Assembly: GCA_017464685.1 (NCBI GenBank)
Contig: JAFTYO010000004.1
Location: 1,306 to 65,305, forward strand
Direction of reading: 5' to 3'
Source: Alphaproteobacteria bacterium
GTDB lineage: Bacteria; Pseudomonadota; Alphaproteobacteria; RF32; CAG-239
DNA: 64,000 bases
Below, piece by piece: positions 18,397 through 28,019 of this stretch (its first letter is position 1; the number at the start of each line of letters is the position of its first letter). Below the pieces are notes generated by a model. It was not told the DNA's origin. It saw only the letters and a list, made by a program, of their open reading frames with translations, and made no database searches. Position numbers and translations under genes: made by a program.

Positions 18397-19245
18397 ATGA
18401 AAAAAACCAAAGTAGCACTTGTTTATGACTTTGATGAAACCTTAAGTACAACTTATATGCAAGATTATGTTTTAATTCCGGAGCTTGGTATGAAACCCGA
18501 AACCTTTTGGAAAAAAGCAAATCAATGGTCTGTTGATAACTGTGCCGACCAAGTAACCGGAAGTATGTACTATTTTACCAAAATCGCTCGTGAAAAAAAG
18601 ATTAAACTGACAAGAGAAAATTTGTTTTGTTGCGGTGCCTTGATAGAATATTATGAAGGTGTGCAAACTTGGTTTGACCGAATTAATGCCTATGGTAAAT
18701 ATCTGGACTTAGACATAGAGCACTACATAATTTCATCAGGTTATGAAGAAATTATTGAAGGTTGTTCTATAAGAAAATATTTTAAAGATGTTTTCGGTTG
18801 CTCCTTTGCTTTTGATGAAGAAGGCTATCCGGTTTGGCCGGCAAGAGTAATCAACTATTCAACCAAAGTGCAATATATATCAAAAATCAATAAAGGTCTC
18901 AAAAAAACCGATGATAAAGCCGTCAATGAATATACCCCTGATGACAAACGACGCATTCCATACCGCCGAATTATATATTTCGGTGACGGACTAACCGACA
19001 TTCCTTCAATGAAAATGGTAAAAGATAGAAACGGAAATGCCATTGCTGTTTACAGACCCAAAAGTCGTCAAAAAGATAAAGCAATTAAATTGTTAAAAGA
19101 TAATCGTGTAAATTTTGCACTTCCGGCGGACTATTCTGAAGGCAAAGAAATTGATACGGTTGTTAAAACAATCTTAAACAAAATTGCCACTGAACGAGAT
19201 TTGGAACTTTTAAAAGCCAAAGAAGAAAAAAAGAAACAAAGCTAA
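18397..19245 (+). CDS. HAD-superfamily hydrolase (paralog 2 of 2)
   Basis: Motif I is YDFDETL, motif II is ISSG, and motif IV is FGDGLTDIPSM. Collinear with ORF 5576-6415. Confidence 0.8.
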   Translation: MKKTKVALVYDFDETLSTTYMQDYVLIPELGMKPETFWKKANQWSVDNCADQVTGSMYYFTKIAREKKIKLTRENLFCCGALIEYYEGVQTWFDRINAYGKYLDLDIEHYIISSGYEEIIEGCSIRKYFKDVFGCSFAFDEEGYPVWPARVINYSTKVQYISKINKGLKKTDDKAVNEYTPDDKRRIPYRRIIYFGDGLTDIPSMKMVKDRNGNAIAVYRPKSRQKDKAIKLLKDNRVNFALPADYSEGKEIDTVVKTILNKIATERDLELLKAKEEKKKQS

Positions 19246-19275
19246 AAAAATGCACCTTTCAAGGTGCATTTTTTT
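19244..19275. terminator. Bidirectional Rho-independent terminator
   Basis: An A7 run, hairpin tgcacct-ttca-aggtgca (19251-19268) and a T7 run sit between convergent genes. Confidence 0.75.
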
Positions 19276-20242
19276 ATTTTCTGAAAATAGCTTTTTTGAT
19301 GTATCCATGCTGTAACAACCACAACCTCGGCACTTTCAATTTATGAGCTCTTTTAATTGCTGCTTTCGGGTCAAGTTCATACCATTTGTACCAATCATCA
19401 AGAGTGAAATACTCTTTAGCACATTGATGAACTCGCTGATAACCGATAGAGCCAAGTTCTTTTGCCTTTTCTCGCATCGACTCATCTTCAAACAAATCAT
19501 ACAGACACACCGAAGATGAAGCTATAAAGTACTTTAGCCCACCGGCATTCGCAACCTTGAACAGCTTTTCATGAAAATCTTCTCTATCATAATAAAAGCC
19601 ACACTCAATCATATAAGCTGCCGCATACAGCTGACCAATTTTGAGTAAACATTCAACATCAAAATATTTCAGCCATGCTTCATATCGAGGCTCAGGACGA
19701 AATATGTTTCCGGAAAACTCGACAAACGAAAGTAACTTATGCTCAAACAAATCATCGCACACAACCTGACTTCCATAGTGCTCAACAACAAGCTCCATCA
19801 ACTCCACTCGAATCACGGCTTCTTGAAATTTGCTGAGTTCGACATAAAAGCTTTTTGAACGCTCGCCATACTGTTTTATCAGCAAAGAAAGCTCTTTTTC
19901 GAGCATCTCCTTGTGAGCATTTTCTCTTTCCTCTTCCATGAATTCCTGCTTTTTAAGATTGTCATCCATAACTTTTTTCAAAGCAGCCTCATCAAGAGTC
20001 TCATTCAAGAAAAGAAGAACATCTTCATGCTCACCATCTGATAGGTCTTCATTGCTGGCATTTACCGCTCTAATCACGGAAGATGTTCCATACAAACGAT
20101 AAAGCATCTCCAACAAGTCCAAGTTCAGCTGATATCCGTCTTGAAGCATATCACAAACCGCTTGCATTTTACCGCCAATAACAGCTACCTGCATAATGTC
20201 CCATTCTGTTTCACAGGACACTTTTGATAAATAATTTTTCAT
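19274..20242 (-). CDS. Hypothetical protein (322 aa), acidic, no signal peptide
   Basis: Long ORF with a plausible upstream promoter (TTGACA-17-TAATTC on the minus strand, around 20305-20331). No motif recognised. Confidence 0.55.
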   Translation of the reverse strand: MKNYLSKVSCETEWDIMQVAVIGGKMQAVCDMLQDGYQLNLDLLEMLYRLYGTSSVIRAVNASNEDLSDGEHEDVLLFLNETLDEAALKKVMDDNLKKQEFMEEERENAHKEMLEKELSLLIKQYGERSKSFYVELSKFQEAVIRVELMELVVEHYGSQVVCDDLFEHKLLSFVEFSGNIFRPEPRYEAWLKYFDVECLLKIGQLYAAAYMIECGFYYDREDFHEKLFKVANAGGLKYFIASSSVCLYDLFEDESMREKAKELGSIGYQRVHQCAKEYFTLDDWYKWYELDPKAAIKRAHKLKVPRLWLLQHGYIKKAIFRK

Positions 20243-20388
20243 AATAAAAATATTTTTTAGTTGTTAGACATCATAATTTTTTAATGTCCGAAGAATTAGC
20301 ATTTTTTACCTTATTTGTCAAGTATCATTAAAGCTAAGAGCCATCTTATTTGCAAAAAGTTTTATAATGCATCTTGAAAAGTAAATTT

Positions 20389-21462
20389 TTACACCCTATC
20401 AAAATTTATTCTCGGATCAACCAAAGAATAGGTTATATCGCTTACAAGTTTTAGTACCAAGCCCAAAAGCGCAAAGATATAAAGTGTGCCGAATATCACG
20501 GGATAATCACGCGTCATAATAGCCTCATAACCCAACAAACCCAATCCGTTTAACGAAAATACAACTTCAATCAGAAGCGAGCCCGTAAACAACATTTTTA
20601 TCAACAAAGAAGGAAATCCGGCAATGATAATCAACATTGCATTTCTAAACACATGCTTGTACAAAATTTGTTTTTCGCTCAAGCCCTTTGACCTTGCAGT
20701 TAAAACATATTGTTTGCTGATTTCATCAAGAAACGAATTTTTTGTAAGCATGGTCAGGGTGGCAAATCCGCCAATTACAATGGACAATACAGGCAAAGCA
20801 ATGTGATGAAAGTAATCAAATATTTTTTGCAAAAGGCTTATATCTTCAAAATTATCCGAAGTTAAGCCTCTCAGCGGAAACCATTGAAAATATGTTCCTC
20901 CGGCAAAAAACACAATCAAAAACACCGCAAACAAAAATACCGGTATGGCCGAGCCGAAGATAACCGCAAAAGATGTCATTACATCAAATTTTGAACCGTC
21001 GTATAAGGCTTTTTTAATCCCTAAAGGAATAGAAATTAAATATATAATTAGGGTTGACCACAAGCCTAACGATATTGAAACAGGCATTCTTTCCACAATG
21101 AGTTCACCTACGGTTTTGTCTTTATAATAGCTTTTACCGAAATCAAACTTGGCATAATCGGTTATCATCTTATAAAACCTTTCATACCAAGGTTTATCAA
21201 AGCCAAATTGTTTTTTTAATTCTTCAACCAAATCTTCCGGAACGCCTTGTGCACCGCGATATTGCATTTGTGATGAAGTGTTTTTTACATTTGCAACTGC
21301 CGTAAACTGAGCCTTAGAATCAATATTCATGCCCTGATATTTTGCCAACATATATTCCACCGGGCCACCGGGAGAAAGCTGTATGATACAAAAATTGATG
21401 GTCAAAATACCCAACAACGTCAGAGGAATTAAAAACAATCTCTTAATGATATAATTTCTCAA
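20389..21462 (-). CDS. ABC transporter permease, peptide/opine family (YejB/OppB-like)
   Basis: Six predicted TM segments and the EAA loop [20 protein letters not shown]. Overlaps the upstream binding-protein gene by 4 nt. Confidence 0.88.
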   Translation of the reverse strand: MRNYIIKRLFLIPLTLLGILTINFCIIQLSPGGPVEYMLAKYQGMNIDSKAQFTAVANVKNTSSQMQYRGAQGVPEDLVEELKKQFGFDKPWYERFYKMITDYAKFDFGKSYYKDKTVGELIVERMPVSISLGLWSTLIIYLISIPLGIKKALYDGSKFDVMTSFAVIFGSAIPVFLFAVFLIVFFAGGTYFQWFPLRGLTSDNFEDISLLQKIFDYFHHIALPVLSIVIGGFATLTMLTKNSFLDEISKQYVLTARSKGLSEKQILYKHVFRNAMLIIIAGFPSLLIKMLFTGSLLIEVVFSLNGLGLLGYEAIMTRDYPVIFGTLYIFALLGLVLKLVSDITYSLVDPRINFDRV

Positions 21463-23261
21463 TTGTTAACCTCCAAGCTCTTATCCCACCACAAAAACGG
21501 CTGATATCCGATTTTTAACTTTGTATCAGGTAACCCGAATTTGTTACGATAGCCCACTCTATTTACTCCCGAATACCATTGAAAAATCAAATAATATTGA
21601 CTTAATAACACTCTGTCCAAAGCCTTAACATATGCTTCATATTCGGTTTTTGTTTGTGCCGATACCACTTTTTCAATGAGTTTATCAACCACCTCATTTT
21701 TTATACCCATAATGTTATAGCTTCCTTTAACATCAGCCGAATTTGAACCGAACATTTCTTTAAGCTCATTTCCGGGCATTTGACTCATGCGATACGACAT
21801 TATGGCCACATCAAAATCAAAATTATCTATTCGATTTTTAAATATATTCACCTCAATTGTTCTAAAACTTGCCTCAATGCCGATTTTTTTCAAATTGGCA
21901 ATAAACGGCAACATAACCCTTGTAAATGTGGCTCCGTTAGCCGAATTGCTCAAAATTTCAAATTTTAGGGGTTCTCCGGTTTTAAGATTGGTCATTTTAC
22001 CGCCAACAAAATCAAAACCGGCCGCTTGTAACAAATTAACCGCTTGTCTTAAGTTTTCTCTTAATTTTGGTGCTGATGAATTATCCGCAAGCAAAAACTC
22101 TTGTGTAAACACACTTTCATCAAGTTTATCTTTATATTTTGTTAAAATATCCAACTCCAATCCTTGCGGTAAACCGTAAGCTTCCATACCGGAGTTTGTA
22201 AAATAGCTGTTTAAACGTTTATATTGATTATAAAACAATTTATTATTCGCCCACTCAAAATTAAAAGCCAAATCAATAGCTCGGCGAACTCGTTTATCCT
22301 TAAATTTATCTTTGCGCAAATTAAAAGCAAAGTGTTGTAAAACTGCCGGTTCATTGTTTTCAAATGCTTGTTTGATGACGGTTTGATTTTTAATTTGCTC
22401 ATTATCATAACCCGTTGCCCAAATTTTAGCGATATATTCTTCCCTCACATCAATATTGCCGGCAAACAATGCCTGCAATGTAACAGTTGTATCCTGATAA
22501 TAATCAATCCGAATTTCATCAAAATTAAAATATCCTTTTCTTGACGGCAAATTTACGGCCCAATAGTTTTTATCTCTTTCTAATACAATATATTTTCCGG
22601 CCTCAAATTTTTTAATTTTATATGGTCCGTTCCCGAGCGGGATGTCAAGACTGGGTTTAGAGAAATCTTTATTTTGCCAATATTTTTTTGAAAATATTTT
22701 AAGCTGAGATAAAATCAATGGCAATTCTTTATTGTTTGAGCCTTTCTTAAAATAAAATCTTACATGTGTATCACTAAGTTTTTCAACCCTTTCAACATCA
22801 GAATAATAAACCTTATGAATCGGAGCTCCTTTTTCGATTAGGGCATTAAAACTGTATATAACATCATCAGCCACAATTTTTGAGCCATCGGCAAACTTGG
22901 CTCGTTCATCTAAAATAAAACCGACATAATTTTTTTCATATTCAAATTCTTTTGCAATTAGAGGATATACGGCTGCAATGTCGTCTGCGGGTGAAAAACC
23001 CAAACTGTCCCATATCAGACCGGCAACCGTTCCTGATGCCGAACCCTTGAAAATAAACGGATTAAAGTTGTCAAATCCGCCATATTCAGGTATAACAATT
23101 TTCCCGCCTTTGGGTGCATTCGGATTTACATATTCAAAGTGTGAAAATGCATTGCCATATTTTGGTGCATTGTACAAAGATATATTTTTTTGTGCCGCAT
23201 TTACGGCAAATGCAAAAAAACACACCAATACGGTTACACTATTTTTTATAATTTTCTTCAT
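21459..23261 (-). CDS. ABC transporter periplasmic substrate-binding protein, family 5 (YejA/OppA-like)
   Basis: Signal peptide [22 protein letters not shown]. The ~600-aa size and composition fit SBP_bac_5. First gene of the operon with the YejB-like permease. Confidence 0.85.
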   Translation of the reverse strand: MKKIIKNSVTVLVCFFAFAVNAAQKNISLYNAPKYGNAFSHFEYVNPNAPKGGKIVIPEYGGFDNFNPFIFKGSASGTVAGLIWDSLGFSPADDIAAVYPLIAKEFEYEKNYVGFILDERAKFADGSKIVADDVIYSFNALIEKGAPIHKVYYSDVERVEKLSDTHVRFYFKKGSNNKELPLILSQLKIFSKKYWQNKDFSKPSLDIPLGNGPYKIKKFEAGKYIVLERDKNYWAVNLPSRKGYFNFDEIRIDYYQDTTVTLQALFAGNIDVREEYIAKIWATGYDNEQIKNQTVIKQAFENNEPAVLQHFAFNLRKDKFKDKRVRRAIDLAFNFEWANNKLFYNQYKRLNSYFTNSGMEAYGLPQGLELDILTKYKDKLDESVFTQEFLLADNSSAPKLRENLRQAVNLLQAAGFDFVGGKMTNLKTGEPLKFEILSNSANGATFTRVMLPFIANLKKIGIEASFRTIEVNIFKNRIDNFDFDVAIMSYRMSQMPGNELKEMFGSNSADVKGSYNIMGIKNEVVDKLIEKVVSAQTKTEYEAYVKALDRVLLSQYYLIFQWYSGVNRVGYRNKFGLPDTKLKIGYQPFLWWDKSLEVNN

Positions 23262-24432
23262 TTACCCAACCGCCGAACGGATATGCAAAATTATTGTCTT
23301 GTTCCTCATCATTTTGACTGTTTTCATTTTCTGTAATATCGATTGTCTCAAGTTCAATATACGGCTCAAATTTATCTTCTTCCATTCCCATCTGTAACAT
23401 TGGCATTGGAACATTTTCCTTTTCAGAATCGGTATGCATATCAAAACGAGGAAAATCTTTCTCTTGTATATCCGTATCTGCATTAACAATAAAATTCTGA
23501 TGGGTCTCTTCGGGAGTATTCATACTTCTTTCTAAAGCATTAAAAAAATCATCATCAGAAGCATTATCAATATTTCTAACATAATTTATTTTAGTTTTCT
23601 TAAACGGATTCAGTTTTTTCCAGACAGACATAGTTTCTTGCATATTTTCAGGTTCCTTCATCTCTAAAATTCTAGGTGAAACATCTAGCTCACTATCTGT
23701 AACATCATCTTGCTTAATATCCTCATCAACCGAAAAATTTGTAGCATCGGCAACGGGTGCCAATATAGAATATACCTTACCCATTACGCCAGTTTCCAAA
23801 ATAGTAATAAAAACCCTGTCTCTATCGTGTTTTTCCAATAGTGCTGTCAAATTTTGATAGCGATAACAAAACTCTAACAACGTGCCTTTAAACACTTTGT
23901 CTTTTTGTGATTTCTGAGCCAAATAGGAAGCAAAATCATCATGATTTTTTGATGTTTCAACTAAAGTTTTAGCAATAGCCCAACGTTCTCCATTTTTAAC
24001 TTTTGCCCACAATTGTTCCATCTGCAAAGATGAAGCAACATTACATCTTTGCACAATATCCGCCAAAATTTCGTTCATGTCGGCAACAAACACATCAAAT
24101 TTATTAACGACAAACCCGTCTTTAATTTCATGTTCAGCATCAAGCATCACTCTGACCACTAAATCAGTATAATCTTGATTTTTTTTCATCTGATTAAATA
24201 ATTGAAGCAATTTCTTTTCAGTTTGCGTACTTGATTTATAAGTACTTATTAAACCAAAAATTTGCCACAAAGCCCAAACAGGAACAATTATTAACCCGAC
24301 ATAAAGAGCAATATCTATCACCGGCTGTGAGCTCAAATCATTCCCAGCCAGATTGGCAACAACATATAAAGATATATATATCACCCATGTAACAGATGAA
24401 AATACTGATACAAAAAACAAAAATGCTAACAA
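23239..24432 (-). CDS. Hypothetical membrane protein (397 aa): two N-terminal TM helices and an acidic C-terminal half
   Basis: Hydrophobic N-terminus (LAFLFFVSVFSSVTWVIYISLYVV; ALYVGLIIVPVWALWQIFGLI). TTG start as given by the ORF track. Overlaps the SBP gene start by 23 nt. Confidence 0.5.
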   Translation of the reverse strand: MLAFLFFVSVFSSVTWVIYISLYVVANLAGNDLSSQPVIDIALYVGLIIVPVWALWQIFGLISTYKSSTQTEKKLLQLFNQMKKNQDYTDLVVRVMLDAEHEIKDGFVVNKFDVFVADMNEILADIVQRCNVASSLQMEQLWAKVKNGERWAIAKTLVETSKNHDDFASYLAQKSQKDKVFKGTLLEFCYRYQNLTALLEKHDRDRVFITILETGVMGKVYSILAPVADATNFSVDEDIKQDDVTDSELDVSPRILEMKEPENMQETMSVWKKLNPFKKTKINYVRNIDNASDDDFFNALERSMNTPEETHQNFIVNADTDIQEKDFPRFDMHTDSEKENVPMPMLQMGMEEDKFEPYIELETIDITENENSQNDEEQDNNFAYPFGGWVNEENYKK

Positions 24433-24607
24433 TTATCCACTCCGATTATTCTACAAATTTTTCTTATAATATTTAAGTTTATGCTTGTTTTCAATGAAAA
24501 TCATTACATATTTGACAAGAAAAATTAACAGGTATAAAAAATTACTGATGAAAAATAAAAAAAAAGATGATAAAACTTCCTTAAGTTTAATTTTTAACGA
24601 GGGAAAA

Positions 24608-25591
24608 ATGACTGACAGCAATCAAGTTGTATTGGATTTTGAAAAAAACATTGTTGAAATTGAAGAAAAACTCGAACACCTCAAGGCTCTTGCAAAAGAT
24701 GAGGATATTGATATTTTATCCGAAATTAAAAGGCTTGAACAAAAGTTGAATAAATCTTTGACATCGGTTTATCAAAACCTTACAGCATGGCAAAAAGCCC
24801 AAATTGCTCGTCACCCCCAAAGGCCGCACTGTCTTGATTACATCGATGCTTTGATTGATGATTTTGTTTTGCTTTGCGGTGACAGAGGTTTTGCCGATGA
24901 TGAAGCAATGGTTGCCGGCATCGGTAAGTTTGATGGGGTTTCCGTTGTAGTTATCGGACAGGAAAAAGGAAATTCAATTGAAACTCGTATGAAATATAAT
25001 TTCGGTATGGCCAAACCTGAGGGTTACAGAAAAGCACAAAGATTGATGGATATGGCCTCTCGTTTTAATATGCCGGTTTTATCCTTTGTAGATACTGCCG
25101 GAGCTTATCCCGGAGTTGATGCTGAAGCCAGAGGACAAGCCGAAGCCATTGCATCTTCAATTGAAAAATGTTTTCAAGTTAAAGCTCCCATCATTTCAAC
25201 CGTTATCGGTGAAGGTGGATCAGGCGGAGCAATTGCTGTTGCAACCGCAAATATAATTTTGATGCTTGAACATTCGATATATTCGGTTATTTCTCCCGAG
25301 GGATGTGCTTCCATTTTATGGCGCAGTGCCGAAAAAACCAAAGAAGCAACCGAGGCTCTTAAGCTCACAGCACAAGATTTAAAATCTTTTGGTATAATTG
25401 ATGAAATTGTTCCCGAACCAATTGGCGGAGCTCATCGCAATCCGCAAGCTGTGTTTGAAAATTTGCGCAAAGTATTGCAAAAACATATTAGTAATTTGAG
25501 CAAATTTGATGGGGAAGAACTCAAAAAACAGCGGACAGACAAATTTTATGCAATGACACGCAATTTAGAAAAAAACATTTCTAAAAAATAG
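24608..25591 (+). CDS. accA: Acetyl-CoA carboxylase carboxyltransferase subunit alpha
   Basis: LDFEKNI.E.E.K...L, ARHPQRP, FGMAKPEGYRKA.R.M, TAGAYPG..AE.RGQ.EAIA. The start is trimmed to the ATG at 24608, which has a gaggga RBS. The longer track ORF adds a non-homologous extension. Confidence 0.92.
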   Translation: MTDSNQVVLDFEKNIVEIEEKLEHLKALAKDEDIDILSEIKRLEQKLNKSLTSVYQNLTAWQKAQIARHPQRPHCLDYIDALIDDFVLLCGDRGFADDEAMVAGIGKFDGVSVVVIGQEKGNSIETRMKYNFGMAKPEGYRKAQRLMDMASRFNMPVLSFVDTAGAYPGVDAEARGQAEAIASSIEKCFQVKAPIISTVIGEGGSGGAIAVATANIILMLEHSIYSVISPEGCASILWRSAEKTKEATEALKLTAQDLKSFGIIDEIVPEPIGGAHRNPQAVFENLRKVLQKHISNLSKFDGEELKKQRTDKFYAMTRNLEKNISKK

Positions 25592-25660
25592 AATTTGCTT
25601 TGAATGGTCTGAAGCGAATATGCCCCTAGCTCATCAACACACGATGGGCTAAAATTTTTA

Positions 25661-27103
25661 TTATTTTTTCCAGAAAGATTTTGTAAACACAACTAACACA
25701 GTAATAATTTCCAATCGACCCAAAAGCATTGCCATACATAAAACATATTTTGCCGGCGTACTGAAAAAAGCATAATTACCCATTACACCAATTGAAGTTG
25801 TTATCCCCGGACCAGTATTCGTAACACTTGCAATAGCCGCTGACACTGATGTTGTAAAATCATAGCCCATAAAATTTAAAATAACAGCTGTTATCCCCAT
25901 TGTTACAAAGAACAAAAACACATATACAAACACCGAATTTATTACTCCATCATTTACAGATACATCTCCCACCTTAATCGGTACAACCCGATTAGGCTCA
26001 ATTGACGTAACTATCATCTTATGAAAATAAGATTTCAATACTTGCCAACGCATAACTTTGATGGAGCCTGTGGTTGAACCGTTACAACCACCATGCATTG
26101 AAAGTATGGTAAAAAATACAGCAGTCCAAATTCCCCAATCGAGAAAATCTGTTGACCCCATTCCGGTTGTGGTAATTACGGAAATAATATTAAAGGAGCT
26201 ATATCTAAAAGCTGTAAAAAAGTTCATATTACTTTGAAAACTAAGCCATATCGCCACAAAAAACGAAAGATACAATATGGTTTTTAAGAAATATCTTATT
26301 TGTCCGACATGAAAAGGATCAAATTCTTTGTTTTTTATGAGCATAATATAAAACGTCATCGGCAAAGCCCCAAGTAACATAAACGTTGCCAATATAAGTT
26401 CAATTATATTGCTGTTAAAATAAGCAATAGAATTATTTTTCGTAGAAAATCCTGCTGTTGCTACTGCCGATATTGCGTGATTTACAGCATCAAATTTACC
26501 CATACCTCCTAAGTACAACAATGTTGCACATAAAAGCACTAACCCGATATAAACTATCAAAATCCATTTAGCCATATCCACAAATTTAGGCATCAACTTG
26601 TCATTTGCGTTTGCATTTTCTCTAGCAAACATCTGCATTCCGCCCACTCCCAAAAAAGGAAGCATAGCCACCGCAAAAATCACAATTCCGATACCACCTA
26701 ACCCATTTAGCATTGAACGCCAAAACAAAACAGAACGTGACATTTTTTCAACATCAGGCAAAATTGTTGCACCTGTTCCGGTAACACCGGATACACTTTC
26801 AAAAATAGCTGAAGCAAAATCTGTAATTGAACCGCTTATGATAAAAGGAATCGCTGAAAACAATGAAACACTTATCCAACATAAAATTGTCACCAAATAA
26901 CCTTGTTTCAAAGTTATTTGCATAATTTTTACTCTATTGGATAAAAATAATGATACACCGATAAACATCGTTATCAACATTGAAGTCATAAAATCTGACC
27001 AGTTCGTATCATTGTCATATATATCAATGAATGCAGGGAAAAGCATACTTAATCCCAACACAAACAGAATAAATCCGTTAATCATTAATACCGGTTGCCA
27101 CAT
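25661..27103 (-). CDS. trkH: Trk-type potassium uptake protein TrkH
   Basis: 480-aa polytopic protein with repeated TrkH/KtrB-type pore-loop motifs (GVTGTGAT, TAGFST, TTTGMGS, VTNTGPG). Confidence 0.88.
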   Translation of the reverse strand: MWQPVLMINGFILFVLGLSMLFPAFIDIYDNDTNWSDFMTSMLITMFIGVSLFLSNRVKIMQITLKQGYLVTILCWISVSLFSAIPFIISGSITDFASAIFESVSGVTGTGATILPDVEKMSRSVLFWRSMLNGLGGIGIVIFAVAMLPFLGVGGMQMFARENANANDKLMPKFVDMAKWILIVYIGLVLLCATLLYLGGMGKFDAVNHAISAVATAGFSTKNNSIAYFNSNIIELILATFMLLGALPMTFYIMLIKNKEFDPFHVGQIRYFLKTILYLSFFVAIWLSFQSNMNFFTAFRYSSFNIISVITTTGMGSTDFLDWGIWTAVFFTILSMHGGCNGSTTGSIKVMRWQVLKSYFHKMIVTSIEPNRVVPIKVGDVSVNDGVINSVFVYVFLFFVTMGITAVILNFMGYDFTTSVSAAIASVTNTGPGITTSIGVMGNYAFFSTPAKYVLCMAMLLGRLEIITVLVVFTKSFWKK

Positions 27104-27110
27104 TTTACAC

Positions 27111-28019
27111 CTATAATGCTATATTATCAGCAAAGCCGGCATCAACTAAGTTTTGATTTATACTCTTACCATCAATAAAACAAACTGCAGTAGCATAATG
27201 CTGATATGTATATGCAACAATATCACATTCTACCTCTTTTTTATCGGCTAAATCTTTAAGATATTCAAATGCACCTTTTGCATCATATTTTTTTTCATCG
27301 GTATAAATACCATATAAAATAATATATCTGTCACCCACCGATAAATCATTGGCGCTAAATACTAATGCTTTACCCTTAATATGTTCAGGCTTTTCTTCAT
27401 AAGTAAGCTCTAAGGTATCTATTTTACGATATATAAGTTCATCTTTTACTTTAGGCATTGCAACAATTTCTACAGCCTGATTTTCAATTAAAGGTTCTGA
27501 AACCGATTCAACTGATACCATAGTTTTTACATTATGTTTCTCCTTTATAATATCTTTCTTTTTAGTCCATGTATTTTTAACATTAACGTGACGAAACGGA
27601 GATGTTTTCAATTTAAATGTTTTACGCTTAATTTTTTTAGAGGCTTTTACAGACTTCTGATTTTCAAAATCTTGTTTAGAGTAAACGGTAAGCGAATTAT
27701 TCTTTGATTGAGCCTTTCTAAGCTTTAACTCCTTTTTATAACTATTTTTAAGCTTTCTTTCAACCGGTTCAGGTTTTTGCTGTAAGACTTCACTCTTGTC
27801 GTTTTTTACTTCATCATATCGCAACATATACCAGTCAAACACATGTTTGTAACTTACTCCTTGTATCATTGGAATTGCTGCAAATAGAACAATTCCTACA
27901 ACCAAAAATCCTAAAAATTTAAAGCTGTGTCTAAACGGATAAGTTATCATTAAGAAAAACTTATGTATCGATTTTGCAATTCCTTGCAGACGAATACCTT
28001 TTAAGCTCTCAAATTTCAT
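27111..28019 (-). CDS. Membrane-anchored Lys-rich protein with C-terminal thermonuclease (SNase)-like domain lacking canonical catalytic residues
   Basis: One TM segment (FLGFLVVGIVLFAAIPMI). The C-terminus YIILYGIYTDE...VECDIVAYTYQHYATAVCFIDGKSINQNLVDAGFA resembles the SNase pattern RL.GIDAPE...C....DRYGR.VA.C...G.D.N..LV..G.A. The start overlaps the metG stop (TAATG). Confidence 0.5.
   Translation of the reverse strand: MKFESLKGIRLQGIAKSIHKFFLMITYPFRHSFKFLGFLVVGIVLFAAIPMIQGVSYKHVFDWYMLRYDEVKNDKSEVLQQKPEPVERKLKNSYKKELKLRKAQSKNNSLTVYSKQDFENQKSVKASKKIKRKTFKLKTSPFRHVNVKNTWTKKKDIIKEKHNVKTMVSVESVSEPLIENQAVEIVAMPKVKDELIYRKIDTLELTYEEKPEHIKGKALVFSANDLSVGDRYIILYGIYTDEKKYDAKGAFEYLKDLADKKEVECDIVAYTYQHYATAVCFIDGKSINQNLVDAGFADNIAL

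Noticed and set aside
24512-24538. TTGACA-N15-TATAAA upstream of accA as a promoter.
   Set aside because: The hexamers are good, but the 15-nt spacer is short and AT-rich sequence produces many such matches. It is not reported as a feature.
24485-24607. N-terminal extensions of track ORFs: accA from 24485, cdsA to 39372, pyrH to 41326, lptD to 56907, lptF to 57975, the DUF4402-like gene from 32943, anmK from 30645, the kinase/PPase gene from 31907, ycgN-2 from 46641 and the ygjP-like gene from 47104.
   Set aside because: The extensions have no homology to the families. Several overlap upstream genes heavily. Internal ATG codons with RBS-like sequences give N-termini that match known orthologs or proper signal peptides.
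25627-25651. Hairpin tagctcatc-aacacac-gatgggcta between convergent accA and trkH, considered as a terminator.
   Set aside because: The stem has a wobble pair and is not directly followed by a T run on either strand. It is too weak to call confidently.
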